A DNA stretch of 64,000 nt from Candidatus Limnocylindrales bacterium (GTDB taxonomy: Bacteria > Chloroflexota > Limnocylindria > Limnocylindrales > CSP1-4). The notes beneath the pieces were generated by a model. It was given only the letters and a program-made list of their open reading frames with translations, was not told where the DNA came from and ran no database searches. Position numbers and translations under genes: made by a program. Location: NCBI GenBank assembly GCA_035717785.1, contig DASTIG010000116.1:3055-67054 (forward strand). Reading direction: 5' to 3'. Shown piece by piece: positions 35,031 to 45,021 of the stretch (position 1 is its first letter; every line of letters starts with the position of its first letter).

Positions 35031-35690
35031 ATGGACGAACGTGCGGCCGCCGCCCAGATCGTCGCGGCCGGACGCCGGCTCGGTGCACGCGGGCTCATCT
35101 CGGCCGGCGAGGGCAACCTGTCGATCCGGCTCGACGGGGACCGCGTCGCGATCACGCCACGCGGCCGGCGCAAGGACGAGCTGGCCGAGCGGGATGTGGT
35201 CGTGATGGCGATCGGCGACCCCAGAGCGGCAGACAGCTCCGCGTCGGGTCTCGAACCCTCATCGGACCTCGCGATCCACCTGGCCGCCTTTGCGGCGCGA
35301 CCTGACGTCGCGGCGGTCGCCCACGCCCACCTGCCGGCAGCGATGGCGCTCACCCTCGCTGGTGAGATCCCGGATCCGGCCGCGCTGCCCGAGACGGCGC
35401 TGTTCATACCGCGGCTGCCTTATCTGCCGTTCGGGGAGCCGGGCAGCGACGATCTGGCAGCCCGGATCGCCGAGGCGCTGACCGCCGAGCCCGCGCCCTA
35501 TGCCGATGCCGTGCTCCTCGAACGACACGGCGCGGTCGCCGTCGGCCTGGACCTGGCGACTGCTATCGATCGCCTCGAGCTCGTGGAGGTCCTGTGCCGA
35601 ACGTGGCGCGACAGCCTGCTGATCCGCGCGGCACGGACCGCACTCGACCAGCGCCCATCGGACAGTCAGGGGGCTGGACCGACGGGGTAG
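35031..35690 (+). CDS. Class II aldolase/adducin-family protein
   Basis: GLISAGEGNLSIR ... ITPRG ... VAHAH. The ATG is 7 nt after TACGAT. Confidence 0.8.
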   Translation: MDERAAAAQIVAAGRRLGARGLISAGEGNLSIRLDGDRVAITPRGRRKDELAERDVVVMAIGDPRAADSSASGLEPSSDLAIHLAAFAARPDVAAVAHAHLPAAMALTLAGEIPDPAALPETALFIPRLPYLPFGEPGSDDLAARIAEALTAEPAPYADAVLLERHGAVAVGLDLATAIDRLELVEVLCRTWRDSLLIRAARTALDQRPSDSQGAGPTG

Positions 35691-35744
35691 CATCGGTCTC
35701 GCCCAGACCGCTGCCGCACGGCAACGAAGCCACGTGGAGGGACT

Positions 35745-36413
35745 ATGGAAACCCGCAAGTACCTGGCCGAGCTGGTCGGCACGTTCCTGTTCCTGACGAT
35801 CGGGTATCTGTCGGTCCCGGCCTTCGCCGCAGCGAGCGCCCCAACGCCCAATCTGTTGGTCGTCCCGTTCTCGTTCGGCCTGGGCCTGCTGGCGGCGATC
35901 TTCGCGGTCGGCCACATCTCCGGCGGCCACTTCAACCCGGCCGTCACGGTCGCGGCAGTGCTGGACAAGCGGATCGAGACGACCGACGCCATCGGCTACA
36001 TCCTGGCGCAAGTCATCGGGGCGATCGCCGCAGCGGTCATCGTCTTCGTCGTGGTGGGCCAGTCAGCCGTTGCGGCCGGCGTGACCAAGCCGGGTCCCGG
36101 CGTCACCGACATCGGCGCACTCATCCTTGAGATCGTCCTGACCGCCGGCTTCGTGCTGGTCATCCTCGTGTCGACCAAGCGGGCCGCCGGACTCGCGCCG
36201 CTCGCCATCCCGCTGACGCTCGTCGCGATCCATTTCGCGTCAGCGACTTTGTCCGGAGCGTCGGTCAACCCGGCCCGTTCGATCGGCTCGGCCCTGATCG
36301 GGGCCGACCTGTCGGCCTTGTGGATCTATCTCGTCGGTCCGATCGTCGGCGCCCTCGGCGGCTGGGCGATCTATCGCGTCCTCGACGATGTCGAAGTGGA
36401 GGTCGTGGCCTAG
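35745..36413 (+). CDS. MIP-family channel (aquaporin/aquaglyceroporin)
   Basis: Two NPA boxes (HFNPAVT, SVNPARS). GGAGGGA SD. Confidence 0.9.
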   Translation: METRKYLAELVGTFLFLTIGYLSVPAFAAASAPTPNLLVVPFSFGLGLLAAIFAVGHISGGHFNPAVTVAAVLDKRIETTDAIGYILAQVIGAIAAAVIVFVVVGQSAVAAGVTKPGPGVTDIGALILEIVLTAGFVLVILVSTKRAAGLAPLAIPLTLVAIHFASATLSGASVNPARSIGSALIGADLSALWIYLVGPIVGALGGWAIYRVLDDVEVEVVA

Positions 36414-36774
36414 GCCGCTCGATCCGGTCGCGGGCCTCGGACGGGTGCAGACGCTGTACCTGCGAACGGTCGGTCGGCGCAGTGGCACCACGCGGCGCAC
36501 GCCGCTCTACTACGTCGAGGACGGCGACAACCTCGCCATCGTCACCTCGAACGCCGGACGCGACCACGAACCGGCCTGGTGGCTCAACCTGCAGGCGGAG
36601 CCGAACGCCGAAGTCGACATCCGCAAGGAGACCAGGCCGGTCCATGCGCGCCGGTCGACGCGGACCGAGGATGACCGTCTCTGGCCGCAGTTCGTCTCCG
36701 GGCTCCGCAATTACGCTGCGTACAAGCGCAAGACCGATCGGGAGATCGTCGTCGTGATCCTCGAGCCGCGCTGA
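36388..36774 (+). CDS. Deazaflavin (F420)-dependent nitroreductase family protein (DDN/DUF385)
   Basis: GRRSGTTRRTPLYYVEDGDNLAIVTSNAGRDHEPAWWLNL ... REIVVVILEPR. Start uncertain; it overlaps the aquaporin 3' end. Confidence 0.75.
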   Translation: MSKWRSWPRPLDPVAGLGRVQTLYLRTVGRRSGTTRRTPLYYVEDGDNLAIVTSNAGRDHEPAWWLNLQAEPNAEVDIRKETRPVHARRSTRTEDDRLWPQFVSGLRNYAAYKRKTDREIVVVILEPR

Positions 36775-36796
36775 CAGCGCCGGCTCGAGGTCGACG

Positions 36797-37372
36797 TCAC
36801 TCGAGGTCGAGGACGCTGAAGGTTCGAGCGTTGCCCATCTGGCCCCACACCCGGGACTGGGTCACCGCGAGCATCTGACGGATGTGGTTCCGGTCGTGAT
36901 GGACCCATTCCGCAAGGAGCTCGTCCACCCGCAGCTCCCCGACCTCGGGATGCGTGCCGCTGCGGGCCAGGTCGCGTTCCGTCAGCGACTGGACGAGCAC
37001 CACGCTGTCCGCGCGCGTCACCGCGAACTCGCCGGCCAGTTCCGCTGCCGGCCGCTCGTGGTCGCGGCGCGCCGCGGCGACGGCAGGTGGGTCCCACGTC
37101 TCGAGGATCGGTGTCTCCAACGACCCGTCGGTGCGCACGGCGCCCAGGATCGTCCTGATCCGACCAGCGAAGCCTCGACGCTCGGCCTCGATCAGGTGGC
37201 CGACGCATTCATTGGCACTCCACTCGCCCGGCTCGGGTCGCCAGCCGGCGACCTCGTCCAGCGCACGAAGCTCCTCCCCCACGGTCACGGCTGTCGCGGC
37301 GAGCAGGTCCGCGATCGACGAAGGCGTCAGCGGCGACTCGGAGGGCATCTCCGTTCCGGGCCGGTCGGTCAT
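36797..37372 (-). CDS. DinB-family (DinB_2 / mycothiol-transferase-like) protein
   Basis: His triad context (CVGHLIEAERR ... WVHHDRNHIRQ). ATGA overlap with the upstream ABC ATPase gene. Confidence 0.75.
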   Translation of the reverse strand: MTDRPGTEMPSESPLTPSSIADLLAATAVTVGEELRALDEVAGWRPEPGEWSANECVGHLIEAERRGFAGRIRTILGAVRTDGSLETPILETWDPPAVAAARRDHERPAAELAGEFAVTRADSVVLVQSLTERDLARSGTHPEVGELRVDELLAEWVHHDRNHIRQMLAVTQSRVWGQMGNARTFSVLDLE

Positions 37373-38457
37373 GGGCGGACCTCGCCAGCCCGCGCCGCCG
37401 CGCCCGACGCCGCCTGAGCGGCCTCGACCACCGGCAACGCGCGACCGCCCGTCGCGATCCCGGACTCCGCGAGCCAGCATGCTGCGGCGTGCCCTCCCCC
37501 GAGGTCGAACAGCGGCGGCGACTCCGTGACGCAGCGATCGAACGCCTTCGGGCAGCGCGGATGGAACCGGCAACCGCTCGGGATGTGCGCGGCATCGGGC
37601 GTCTCGCCCTTGAGGATCGTCCGCTGCGCGCGTTCGCCCGCCGTCGGTGGCTCCGGCGACGGCGAGACCGACACCAAGGCTTCGGTGTACGGATTCCGAG
37701 GCGTGCGGATGACCGCCTCGGCCGGCCCGATCTCCATGATCCGCCCGAGGTACATCACCGCGATCCGGTCGGCGATCACCCAGGCGAGCGACAGGTCGTG
37801 GGTGATGAACAGGTAGGTCAGACCGCGCTCCTCTCGGAGGTCCAGCATGAGCCGGAGCAGCTCGGTTCGGATGGAGACATCGAGCATCGAGACCGGCTCG
37901 TCGGCGACGATGATCTCGGGATCCATGACGAGCGCACCGGCGATGACGACGCGCTGCCGCTGGCCACCGGACAGCTCGTGCGGGAACCGGAAGGCGTAAT
38001 CCGTCGCCGGTCGCAGCCCGACCGAATCGAGCGCGGCAAGGACACGCGCGCTGCGCTCCTCCTCGGTGCCGATCCGGTGCACGACCAACGGCTCTGCGAC
38101 GAAGTCGAGGATCGTCTGCTTCGGGTTCAGGGTCTCGTACGGGTCCTGGAAGATCAGCTGGACGCGCCGGCGATACGCACGCAGCATCGGCCCGGACCAG
38201 AGGTCGCTGACGTCCGCTCCATCGACCTCGACGCGGCCACCGGTCTGGCGGGTGAGCTTGACGAGGACGCGGCCGGTCGTCGTCTTGCCGCTTCCCGATT
38301 CGCCGACCAGGGCCAGCACCTCGCCACGGCGCAACGTCAGGTCGATGCCATCGACGGCGCGCACGACCCCGGACGTCCGGCGCAGCAGCGTATCGAGCAC
38401 CCCGCCACGGATCGGGAAGTGGACTTCAAGCCCCTCGAGACGGACGAGGTCGGTCAC
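37369..38457 (-). CDS. Oligopeptide/dipeptide ABC transporter ATP-binding protein (OppF/DppF-like)
   Basis: GESGSGKTT, LSGGQRQR, IIVADEPVSMLD and a C-terminal oligopeptide-transporter domain (CRFHPRCP). Confidence 0.9.
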   Translation of the reverse strand: MTDLVRLEGLEVHFPIRGGVLDTLLRRTSGVVRAVDGIDLTLRRGEVLALVGESGSGKTTTGRVLVKLTRQTGGRVEVDGADVSDLWSGPMLRAYRRRVQLIFQDPYETLNPKQTILDFVAEPLVVHRIGTEEERSARVLAALDSVGLRPATDYAFRFPHELSGGQRQRVVIAGALVMDPEIIVADEPVSMLDVSIRTELLRLMLDLREERGLTYLFITHDLSLAWVIADRIAVMYLGRIMEIGPAEAVIRTPRNPYTEALVSVSPSPEPPTAGERAQRTILKGETPDAAHIPSGCRFHPRCPKAFDRCVTESPPLFDLGGGHAAACWLAESGIATGGRALPVVEAAQAASGAAARAGEVRP

Positions 38458-39626
38458 GGCTGGATCTCGTCAGGAGGTGTGTCGTCGTCGACGTCGCGCA
38501 GGTTGCTGTTATCGGCGGGGGGTACCACGTCGTCGACCGGCGCATCCGCCCCGACCTGGGCGATCGGCGCCGGCTCGACGATCGCCGCATCGTGGTTCGG
38601 ATAGAGATGGCAGGCGACGCGGACGCCGTCCGACATCGTCACTTCCGGCGGCGTCACGACGCGACAGACGTCCATCGCGAACGGGCAACGCGGCGCGAAC
38701 CGACAACCTGGCGGCGGGTCGCGCAGGTCCGGAAGGTTGCCCGGGATGACATCGAGGGTCCGCCGGTCCGCCCTGATGTTGGGAAACGCGCGGAGCAAGG
38801 CCTGCGTGTACGGGTGGCGTGGTGCCGTGAAGACCCGCGAGACAGGACCTTCCTCTGCGACCCGCCCGGCGTACATGATCATGACCTTGTCGCACGTCTC
38901 CGCGATCACCGACAGGTCGTGCGTGATCAAGATCAACGACAACCCGAGCTCCCAACGCAGGCTCTCGAGCAACGCCAGGATCTGCGCCTGGACCATGACG
39001 TCGAGCGCGGTCGTCGGCTCGTCGCCGATGACGATGGCCGGATTGCACGCGAGTGCCATCGCGATCATCGCGCGCTGACGCATGCCGCCCGAGAGTTCGT
39101 GGGGGTAGGCGCCGCCGCGCTGCATCGGGATCCCGACGAGATCGAGCAGTTCGAGCGCCCGTCGCCCCGCCGACTCTTCCGAGACCCCGAGGCGCACGAT
39201 GATCGGCTCGGCGATCTGGTCGCGCACCCGGCGGACGGGGTTGAGCGCGTTCATGGCGCCCTGGAACACGATGCTGATCTCGCGCCACCGGTAGCGGGTC
39301 ATGGCGGCTTCGGACTTCTTGGCGAGATCGATCCCGTACAGCTCGACGCGGCCGGACTCGATGCGCCCGTTCGACGGCAGGAGCTGGAGGAGCGATAGCG
39401 CGGTCGTCGTCTTGCCACACCCGGACTCGCCAGCGATCCCCAGCGCCTCGCCGTCGTCCAGCCGGAAGCTGACCCCGTCGACCGCGGTCAGGCCGCCTTT
39501 TGCGAGCGAGAACCGGACGCGCAGGTCGCTCACGTCGAGGAGAGGTGCGCCGGGGTCGGCGAGCTTCGGCAGGGTCCGGCCGGCGCGGGTGACCATGCGG
39601 GCCAGGGCCGCCGCCTCGGCGCTCAT
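38454..39626 (-). CDS. Oligopeptide/dipeptide ABC transporter ATP-binding protein (OppD/DppD-like)
   Basis: GESGCGKTTT, LSGGMRQR, IVIGDEPTTALD, CRFAPRCP. ATGA overlap at 39623-39626; the track ORF extends 132 codons too far upstream. Confidence 0.9.
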   Translation of the reverse strand: MSAEAAALARMVTRAGRTLPKLADPGAPLLDVSDLRVRFSLAKGGLTAVDGVSFRLDDGEALGIAGESGCGKTTTALSLLQLLPSNGRIESGRVELYGIDLAKKSEAAMTRYRWREISIVFQGAMNALNPVRRVRDQIAEPIIVRLGVSEESAGRRALELLDLVGIPMQRGGAYPHELSGGMRQRAMIAMALACNPAIVIGDEPTTALDVMVQAQILALLESLRWELGLSLILITHDLSVIAETCDKVMIMYAGRVAEEGPVSRVFTAPRHPYTQALLRAFPNIRADRRTLDVIPGNLPDLRDPPPGCRFAPRCPFAMDVCRVVTPPEVTMSDGVRVACHLYPNHDAAIVEPAPIAQVGADAPVDDVVPPADNSNLRDVDDDTPPDEIQP

Positions 39627-40600
39627 CGGCGACCAGCCAGCTTCGGGTTGAGGATCGAGTCGAGCGCGTTGCCGACGAGCGTGAACGACAGCACCACGAG
39701 CACGATCGCGATGCCCGGTGAGGCCGTGTACCACCATGCCCCGATGCCTGGCGCGCCCGACGCCTGGGCGAACGCAAGTATCTGGCCCCACGATGGGGCG
39801 AGCTGATCGCCGAGACCGACGAACGAGAGCGTCGTCTCGATGAGGACGGCTCCGGCGAAGACCAGCACGGTGTTCGCCACGATCAGCGAGAGCACGTTCG
39901 GCAGGATGTGGCGCCGCATGATGTGCCGCGCCGACGCCCCGATCACGCGAGCCCGATCGATGTAGGCGCGCTCGCGGATCGACAACGTCTGGCTCCGGAT
40001 GATCCGCGCGGTGGACGCCCAAGACGTGATGCCGATGACCACGATGATCACGAGCAGGGTCACCCGGATGCCGAAGAACTCCGACGACTCCCCGAGCAGC
40101 TCGCGCAGGATCGGGGCGAGGACCAACGCCAGGACGAACGTCGGCAGGATCAGGAAGAAGTCAGTGATGCGCATCAGGAACGTGTCGGGCCGACCGCCGA
40201 CGAATCCGGCGACGATGCCGATGACCGCGCCGATCGCGACCGTGATGATCGTGGCCATCAGGCCGATGGACATCGAGATGCGCGATCCGTGAACCACGAG
40301 ATTCAGGACGTCCCGACCGAGCTCGTCCGTCCCGAGGATGTGGGTCAGCGAGGGCGGCTCGAATTTCTCCCCCGATGCGCGGGTGACGGTCTCGAACGGC
40401 CCGACGAGCTGCTCCGGGAACAGCGCGCAGATCGTGAACAGCCCGATGATCAGGACGCCGATGACGCCACTGCGCTGCCTGGCGAACTGGCGCAGGACGC
40501 TCCTGAGCCGTCGCGCGCGCAGGCGCCAGCGCTCGGCCCGCGCACGGCGGGTAAAGACCTCGGCCGCCACCTCTCCGGTCACCGGTGCCCGCGCGGTCAC
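39623..40600 (-). CDS. Peptide ABC transporter permease (OppC/DppC-like)
   Basis: BPD-transporter permease pattern (ARVIGASARHIMRRHILPNV). GTGA overlap with the upstream permease gene. Confidence 0.85.
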   Translation of the reverse strand: MTARAPVTGEVAAEVFTRRARAERWRLRARRLRSVLRQFARQRSGVIGVLIIGLFTICALFPEQLVGPFETVTRASGEKFEPPSLTHILGTDELGRDVLNLVVHGSRISMSIGLMATIITVAIGAVIGIVAGFVGGRPDTFLMRITDFFLILPTFVLALVLAPILRELLGESSEFFGIRVTLLVIIVVIGITSWASTARIIRSQTLSIRERAYIDRARVIGASARHIMRRHILPNVLSLIVANTVLVFAGAVLIETTLSFVGLGDQLAPSWGQILAFAQASGAPGIGAWWYTASPGIAIVLVVLSFTLVGNALDSILNPKLAGRR

Positions 40601-41634
40601 GTCCGCACCCTCGGGTCGAGCACGCCGTAGAGCATGTCCGCCGCGAAGTTGGCGAGCACCACGCTGATGGACAGGACGAGGAAGATGCCCGACATCATCG
40701 GGTAGTCGCGGGTCCGCAGGGCGTCCACCGTGAGCGTCCCAAGACCCGGCCACGAGTAGACCTGCTCGACGGTGATGGCGCCGGCCACGATATAGCCGAG
40801 GTTGATCGCCACGAGCGTGATGGCGGGCAGCATCGCGTTGGGCAGCACGTGCGCACGCAGGACTCGGTCGCCCTTGAGGCCCTTGGCCCGCGCCGTCTGG
40901 ACGTAGTCCTCGGAGAGCACCTCGGTGACGGCCGATCGCATCAGAAGCGAGTACGCGCCGATCAACCCGAGCGCGACCGTCGTCACCGGCAGGACCAGGT
41001 GTCGAGCGACGTCCATGACCTGGTCGATCGGGTTGTCGAAATCGGCACCCGGCGTGATCATCCCCGTCGTCGGGAACCAGTGGAGGGTCGCCGCGAAGAT
41101 GATCAGCAGGATCATGCCGAGCCAGAAATAGGGCATGGAGTACAGGACGAGCGAGAGGCTCGTCCCGATGTAGTCCGACGGTCGACCGCGTCGCCAGCCC
41201 GCCAGCGCTCCCAGCCCGAGGCCGACGAAGATGGCGATGATCTCGCCAAGGCCGAACAGCAACAGCGTCGGTGGCAGCTTCTCCGCGATCACATCGGCTA
41301 CGTCCCGGCCGCGGAACTGGAAGGACAGCCCGAGGTCGAGCTGCGCCAGCGACCCGATGTAGGCCACCAGCTGGTTGTCGATCAGCGACGCCGGGAAGCC
41401 GACGAGCCGGATGCCCTCGTCGTCGATCTGCACGTCGATCGGGAGAAGCGGGTCATTGAGGCCCCACCGCTCTCTCTGGATCTCGAGCGCCTGGGCCGAG
41501 ATCCGCGTCCCACGCAGCAGGATGCGTTCCGGCGATCCCGGCAGTGACCGGAACAGGATGAAGTTGACGACGAGGACGAACAGGATCGTGAGGATGGCCT
41601 GGCCGAGCCGTCGGGCGAGGAACCGGCTACCCAC
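40597..41634 (-). CDS. Peptide ABC transporter permease (OppB/DppB-like)
   Basis: FLARRLGQAILTILFVLVVNFILF N-terminus and an EAA-like loop (TARAKGLKGDRVLRAHVLPNAM). Confidence 0.9.
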   Translation of the reverse strand: MGSRFLARRLGQAILTILFVLVVNFILFRSLPGSPERILLRGTRISAQALEIQRERWGLNDPLLPIDVQIDDEGIRLVGFPASLIDNQLVAYIGSLAQLDLGLSFQFRGRDVADVIAEKLPPTLLLFGLGEIIAIFVGLGLGALAGWRRGRPSDYIGTSLSLVLYSMPYFWLGMILLIIFAATLHWFPTTGMITPGADFDNPIDQVMDVARHLVLPVTTVALGLIGAYSLLMRSAVTEVLSEDYVQTARAKGLKGDRVLRAHVLPNAMLPAITLVAINLGYIVAGAITVEQVYSWPGLGTLTVDALRTRDYPMMSGIFLVLSISVVLANFAADMLYGVLDPRVRT

Positions 41635-41709
41635 GGGCAGGGGGGGCGGGCCGCCTCCCGGCGGCCACCCTTCTCCCCGTCATCTGGCGAACGCGGACGA
41701 GCGCGGGCG

Positions 41710-43674
41710 CTACTCGTCTTCGCCGGTCGCTGTCGCTCGACCGCGACGCATCGCCACGAGGCCGATGGCGACCAAGGCCACGACCGCACCGACCCCGAGC
41801 AGGAGCGGCGTCGACGACGACGTCGTGCTGCCGGAGCCTGTCGTCGGCGCTGCCGACGGTGCCGCAGACCCGCCGCTCGGCGCGGCCGGTGGCGGTGATG
41901 CGGTCGCGGTGCTGCCCGCCGGCACGAGGTTGAGGTACGTCTCGACCCCCGTCGCGAACAGGCTCACACCACCGTCGCGTGGCTGCAGGACCCAGCCTTC
42001 GAACTTGTCGGTCCGATAGGCATGGAGCTCGGCGTCGTAGAAAAGGACGTGATACGGCGCCTCGTCGTAGATGAGATTCTGCATCTCGTCGACGATCGGC
42101 TTGCGTGCCTCGAAAGTGGCCGCCTTCTTCTGCTGGTCGTAGAGCGCGTCGTAGGCGGGGTTCGAATAGTTGCTGTCGCTCCAAACGCCGATCTGCGACG
42201 TGATGAAGATCGACAGCAGGAAGTCCGGATCGGCCCCGCCGACCCATCCCCAGAGCTCGATGTCGTAGTCGGCGGTCCCGCCCGCTTCAGGGGTGTACAG
42301 CAACTCGGTGAGGGTGTCCGACTCGAAGCCCTGGATCGTCGCCCCGATGCCGATCTGTTGCCACCAATCGGCCACGAATTGGCCTGCCTTGGCGTATTTC
42401 GCGTCCGTCGTCGGGTGGTAGATGCGGAGGCTGATCTCCTTGCCTTCCTTGTCCTCGCGCGTCCCGTTCCCGTTCGAGTCGAGGTACCCGGCGGCGTCGA
42501 GTCGACTCTTTGCCTCGTCGAGGTCGAACGTCCGCGGGTTCGCGGGGTCGATGTGGAACTGTGACAGGAACGGCGGGACGACCGTCGTCCCGGGCAGGCC
42601 GTGGCCGCTCAGGACCTGGTCGACGAGCTCCTGGCCGTCGATGGCGTACCCGAGGGCGTCGCGGAACTTCGGATCGCGCACTGCCGTGGTCGACGCCCCG
42701 CCCCCGTCGATGTCCTTGTCGTACGTGTTGAAGGCGAGCTGGGTCCAACCTTGCCCATTGCCGTTGATGCCGACGATGTCTTCCTCGGCGTCGATCGATT
42801 CGAATTGCTCGGGCAGGATCGACCGGACGTAGTCGACCTCACCGGCCTTCAACGCTTGGCCCATCGCATCCTGGTCGGCGTAGAACTGGAAGATGACCTC
42901 CTCGACGAACGGCTGCTTGCCCCAGTAATGCGGGTTGCGCTCGAAGCGGGCGAATTCGCCGCGCTTCCACTCGACGATCTGGAAGGGTCCAGTTCCAACG
43001 ACCGGGGGATCGGTCTGGAAGTCGGTCGCCGCCGAGGCGAACGGCACGGTGCCCCAGATGTGCTCGGGGAGCACCGGGATGTAGGCGCCCAGCAGCAGGG
43101 AGGTCGGGAAGGCCGTCGTCATCTTGACGGTGGTCGGGTCGACGAGCTCCACGCTCTGCAGCTCGACCGTGCTGACCAGGAAGTCGCCGAAGAGCGACAG
43201 CGGGTTGTCGGCAGCGCCATCACCCTCCGTCTCGCCTTCGGCCGGCAGGTCGTTTCCCTCCGGTGCCAACGGCCCCTTGTACGCGGGGTCCATGCTGTCG
43301 AGCAGGTACTGGTACGTGAAGGCGACGTCACCGGCGTCGGCCGGCTCGCCGTCCGACCAGGTCATCCCCTCGCGGATCTTGAACGTCCACGTCGCCCCGT
43401 CCTGGGTCCAGGACTCGGCGAATCCGGTCGGCGCGTACTCGAGATCAGGCCCGAACCCAACCAACAGGTCGTAGTTGAGGATGAAGGCCTCGTACGAGGA
43501 GACGAGGTACGACAGGTTCGGGTTGATCGAGTCGAACTCCTGAGCCGTCCCGACCCGGAGCGTCTTGTCCTCGTCAGCGGCGGTCGTCACAGAGGCGCCG
43601 GGGAGCAGCACAGCCCCCAGCAGACCTGCCGCAGCCAGGACTCGCCCCCACCGGGCGCGCGTGGTCGATCGCAT
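41710..43674 (-). CDS. ABC transporter substrate-binding protein, family 5, with C-terminal TM anchor
   Basis: GGAGGAGGAG SD. Signal peptide without a lipobox (VLAAAGLLGAVLLPGASVTTAADE) and an SBP_bac_5-like body. Ser/Thr/Pro/Ala linker, then LLLGVGAVVALVAIGLVAM + RRGR. Confidence 0.85.
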   Translation of the reverse strand: MRSTTRARWGRVLAAAGLLGAVLLPGASVTTAADEDKTLRVGTAQEFDSINPNLSYLVSSYEAFILNYDLLVGFGPDLEYAPTGFAESWTQDGATWTFKIREGMTWSDGEPADAGDVAFTYQYLLDSMDPAYKGPLAPEGNDLPAEGETEGDGAADNPLSLFGDFLVSTVELQSVELVDPTTVKMTTAFPTSLLLGAYIPVLPEHIWGTVPFASAATDFQTDPPVVGTGPFQIVEWKRGEFARFERNPHYWGKQPFVEEVIFQFYADQDAMGQALKAGEVDYVRSILPEQFESIDAEEDIVGINGNGQGWTQLAFNTYDKDIDGGGASTTAVRDPKFRDALGYAIDGQELVDQVLSGHGLPGTTVVPPFLSQFHIDPANPRTFDLDEAKSRLDAAGYLDSNGNGTREDKEGKEISLRIYHPTTDAKYAKAGQFVADWWQQIGIGATIQGFESDTLTELLYTPEAGGTADYDIELWGWVGGADPDFLLSIFITSQIGVWSDSNYSNPAYDALYDQQKKAATFEARKPIVDEMQNLIYDEAPYHVLFYDAELHAYRTDKFEGWVLQPRDGGVSLFATGVETYLNLVPAGSTATASPPPAAPSGGSAAPSAAPTTGSGSTTSSSTPLLLGVGAVVALVAIGLVAMRRGRATATGEDE

Positions 43675-43845
43675 CGACTCCTCCTCCAGGACGATCCGTT
43701 GCCTCTCCCCGCGGACCGTCGCAACGTCACGGTTCCGGACCGTCTCCGGCCGAAGTGGGCGGTACCGTCGCACACGCCGCCGCCGGGTGCAAGGAAAAGG
43801 TCCGCGGGACGCGCCAGCAACCGCACTGGTCGTGCTTGGGACTGC

Positions 43846-45021
43846 CTAGACGAGCGGCCGCAGCGGTGGGTCGGCGGCGAGGAGCGAAGGGCGATCGATC
43901 CGGAATTCCCCCAATTCGCCGGCTGATGGGCTCCGTCCGTCGAGCGCGAGCTCGACGAGGACCCGGCCCATGACCGACGCGAATTTGAACCCGTGCGCGG
44001 CACCCAGCCCGACGACGACGCCCGGGGAATCGGGCAGTCGGTCGACGACGAAGTCGCGCTCGGGAGTCATCGTGTAGAGGCACGTCTTGGTGTAGATCTC
44101 TGGACCGACCGCCCCAGGCAGATGGTCCGCGAGGAACGCTCGGACGCGGGCTCGGATGGCCTCGTCGGGTTCGAACGTGCGCGTGTCGGGGGTCGTCGGA
44201 TGACCACCGCAGTCCTGGGCGACCTTCGGGCCGGGCTCGCCGTAGACCGGGAACCCGTAGAACGACGGGTCGTCCATCCAGATCCAGACCGGGAAACGGT
44301 CGGGGGCGAACTGCGCCGGGTCGGGTGCCGCGATGTAGGTGACCTGCTCCTGTGTGACGGTCAGCGGCAGCCGCCGGTCGAAGTTCGCGAGCAGTTCGTT
44401 GGTCCAGGCGTCGGCCGTGATGACCACGCGGCCCGCGCCGTACGTCGTGCGACCGGCATCGACCTCGTATGCGCCACCGACCTCCCGGATGGCCTCGACT
44501 GGCGTCCGCTCGATCAGGGTTGCGCCCCGCGACGTAGCAAGCCGGCGGTGAGCCGAGTTCCCGCGATACGGGTCGGCGATCCCGCCGTTCGCCTGCCACA
44601 CACCGGTAACGTCGTCGGTCAGCCGCCACGCCGGCCAGCGACGCATGATCTCGCCTGCGTCGAGGAGCTCGAACGGGACGGTTTCGGCGGCAAGGCTGCC
44701 GGTGTAATCGGCCTGCGGGATGGCCGGGTCGGCCGGCCACAGGTCGAGTCCGCCGGTCACGGTCACGATCCGCTTGTCCGCCTCCGCCTCCACGTCCGCC
44801 CACGTTTCATACGCACGCTTCGCGAGCCGCACGTAGTCGGGGCGGTGGTAGGACAGGCGGATGATCCGGCTGTGGTCGGCCGACGCACCGTTCGCGTGGC
44901 CGAGCTCGAACCGCTCGATGCCGAGGACACGGACGCCAGGCCGCGCCGAAGCCCAGTAGGCAGCCGCCGATCCGAACGCTCCGAGCCCGACGACGATGAC
45001 GTCCCAGTCCCGCCTTGTCAC
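43846..45021 (-). CDS. FAD-dependent amine oxidase (monomeric sarcosine oxidase / N-methyltryptophan oxidase-like)
   Basis: DVIVVGLGAFGSAAAYW dinucleotide fold and C-terminal GAAHGFKFASVMG. GTGA overlap with the NUDIX gene; the rest of the 739-aa track ORF is shadow. Confidence 0.8.
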   Translation of the reverse strand: MTRRDWDVIVVGLGAFGSAAAYWASARPGVRVLGIERFELGHANGASADHSRIIRLSYHRPDYVRLAKRAYETWADVEAEADKRIVTVTGGLDLWPADPAIPQADYTGSLAAETVPFELLDAGEIMRRWPAWRLTDDVTGVWQANGGIADPYRGNSAHRRLATSRGATLIERTPVEAIREVGGAYEVDAGRTTYGAGRVVITADAWTNELLANFDRRLPLTVTQEQVTYIAAPDPAQFAPDRFPVWIWMDDPSFYGFPVYGEPGPKVAQDCGGHPTTPDTRTFEPDEAIRARVRAFLADHLPGAVGPEIYTKTCLYTMTPERDFVVDRLPDSPGVVVGLGAAHGFKFASVMGRVLVELALDGRSPSAGELGEFRIDRPSLLAADPPLRPLV

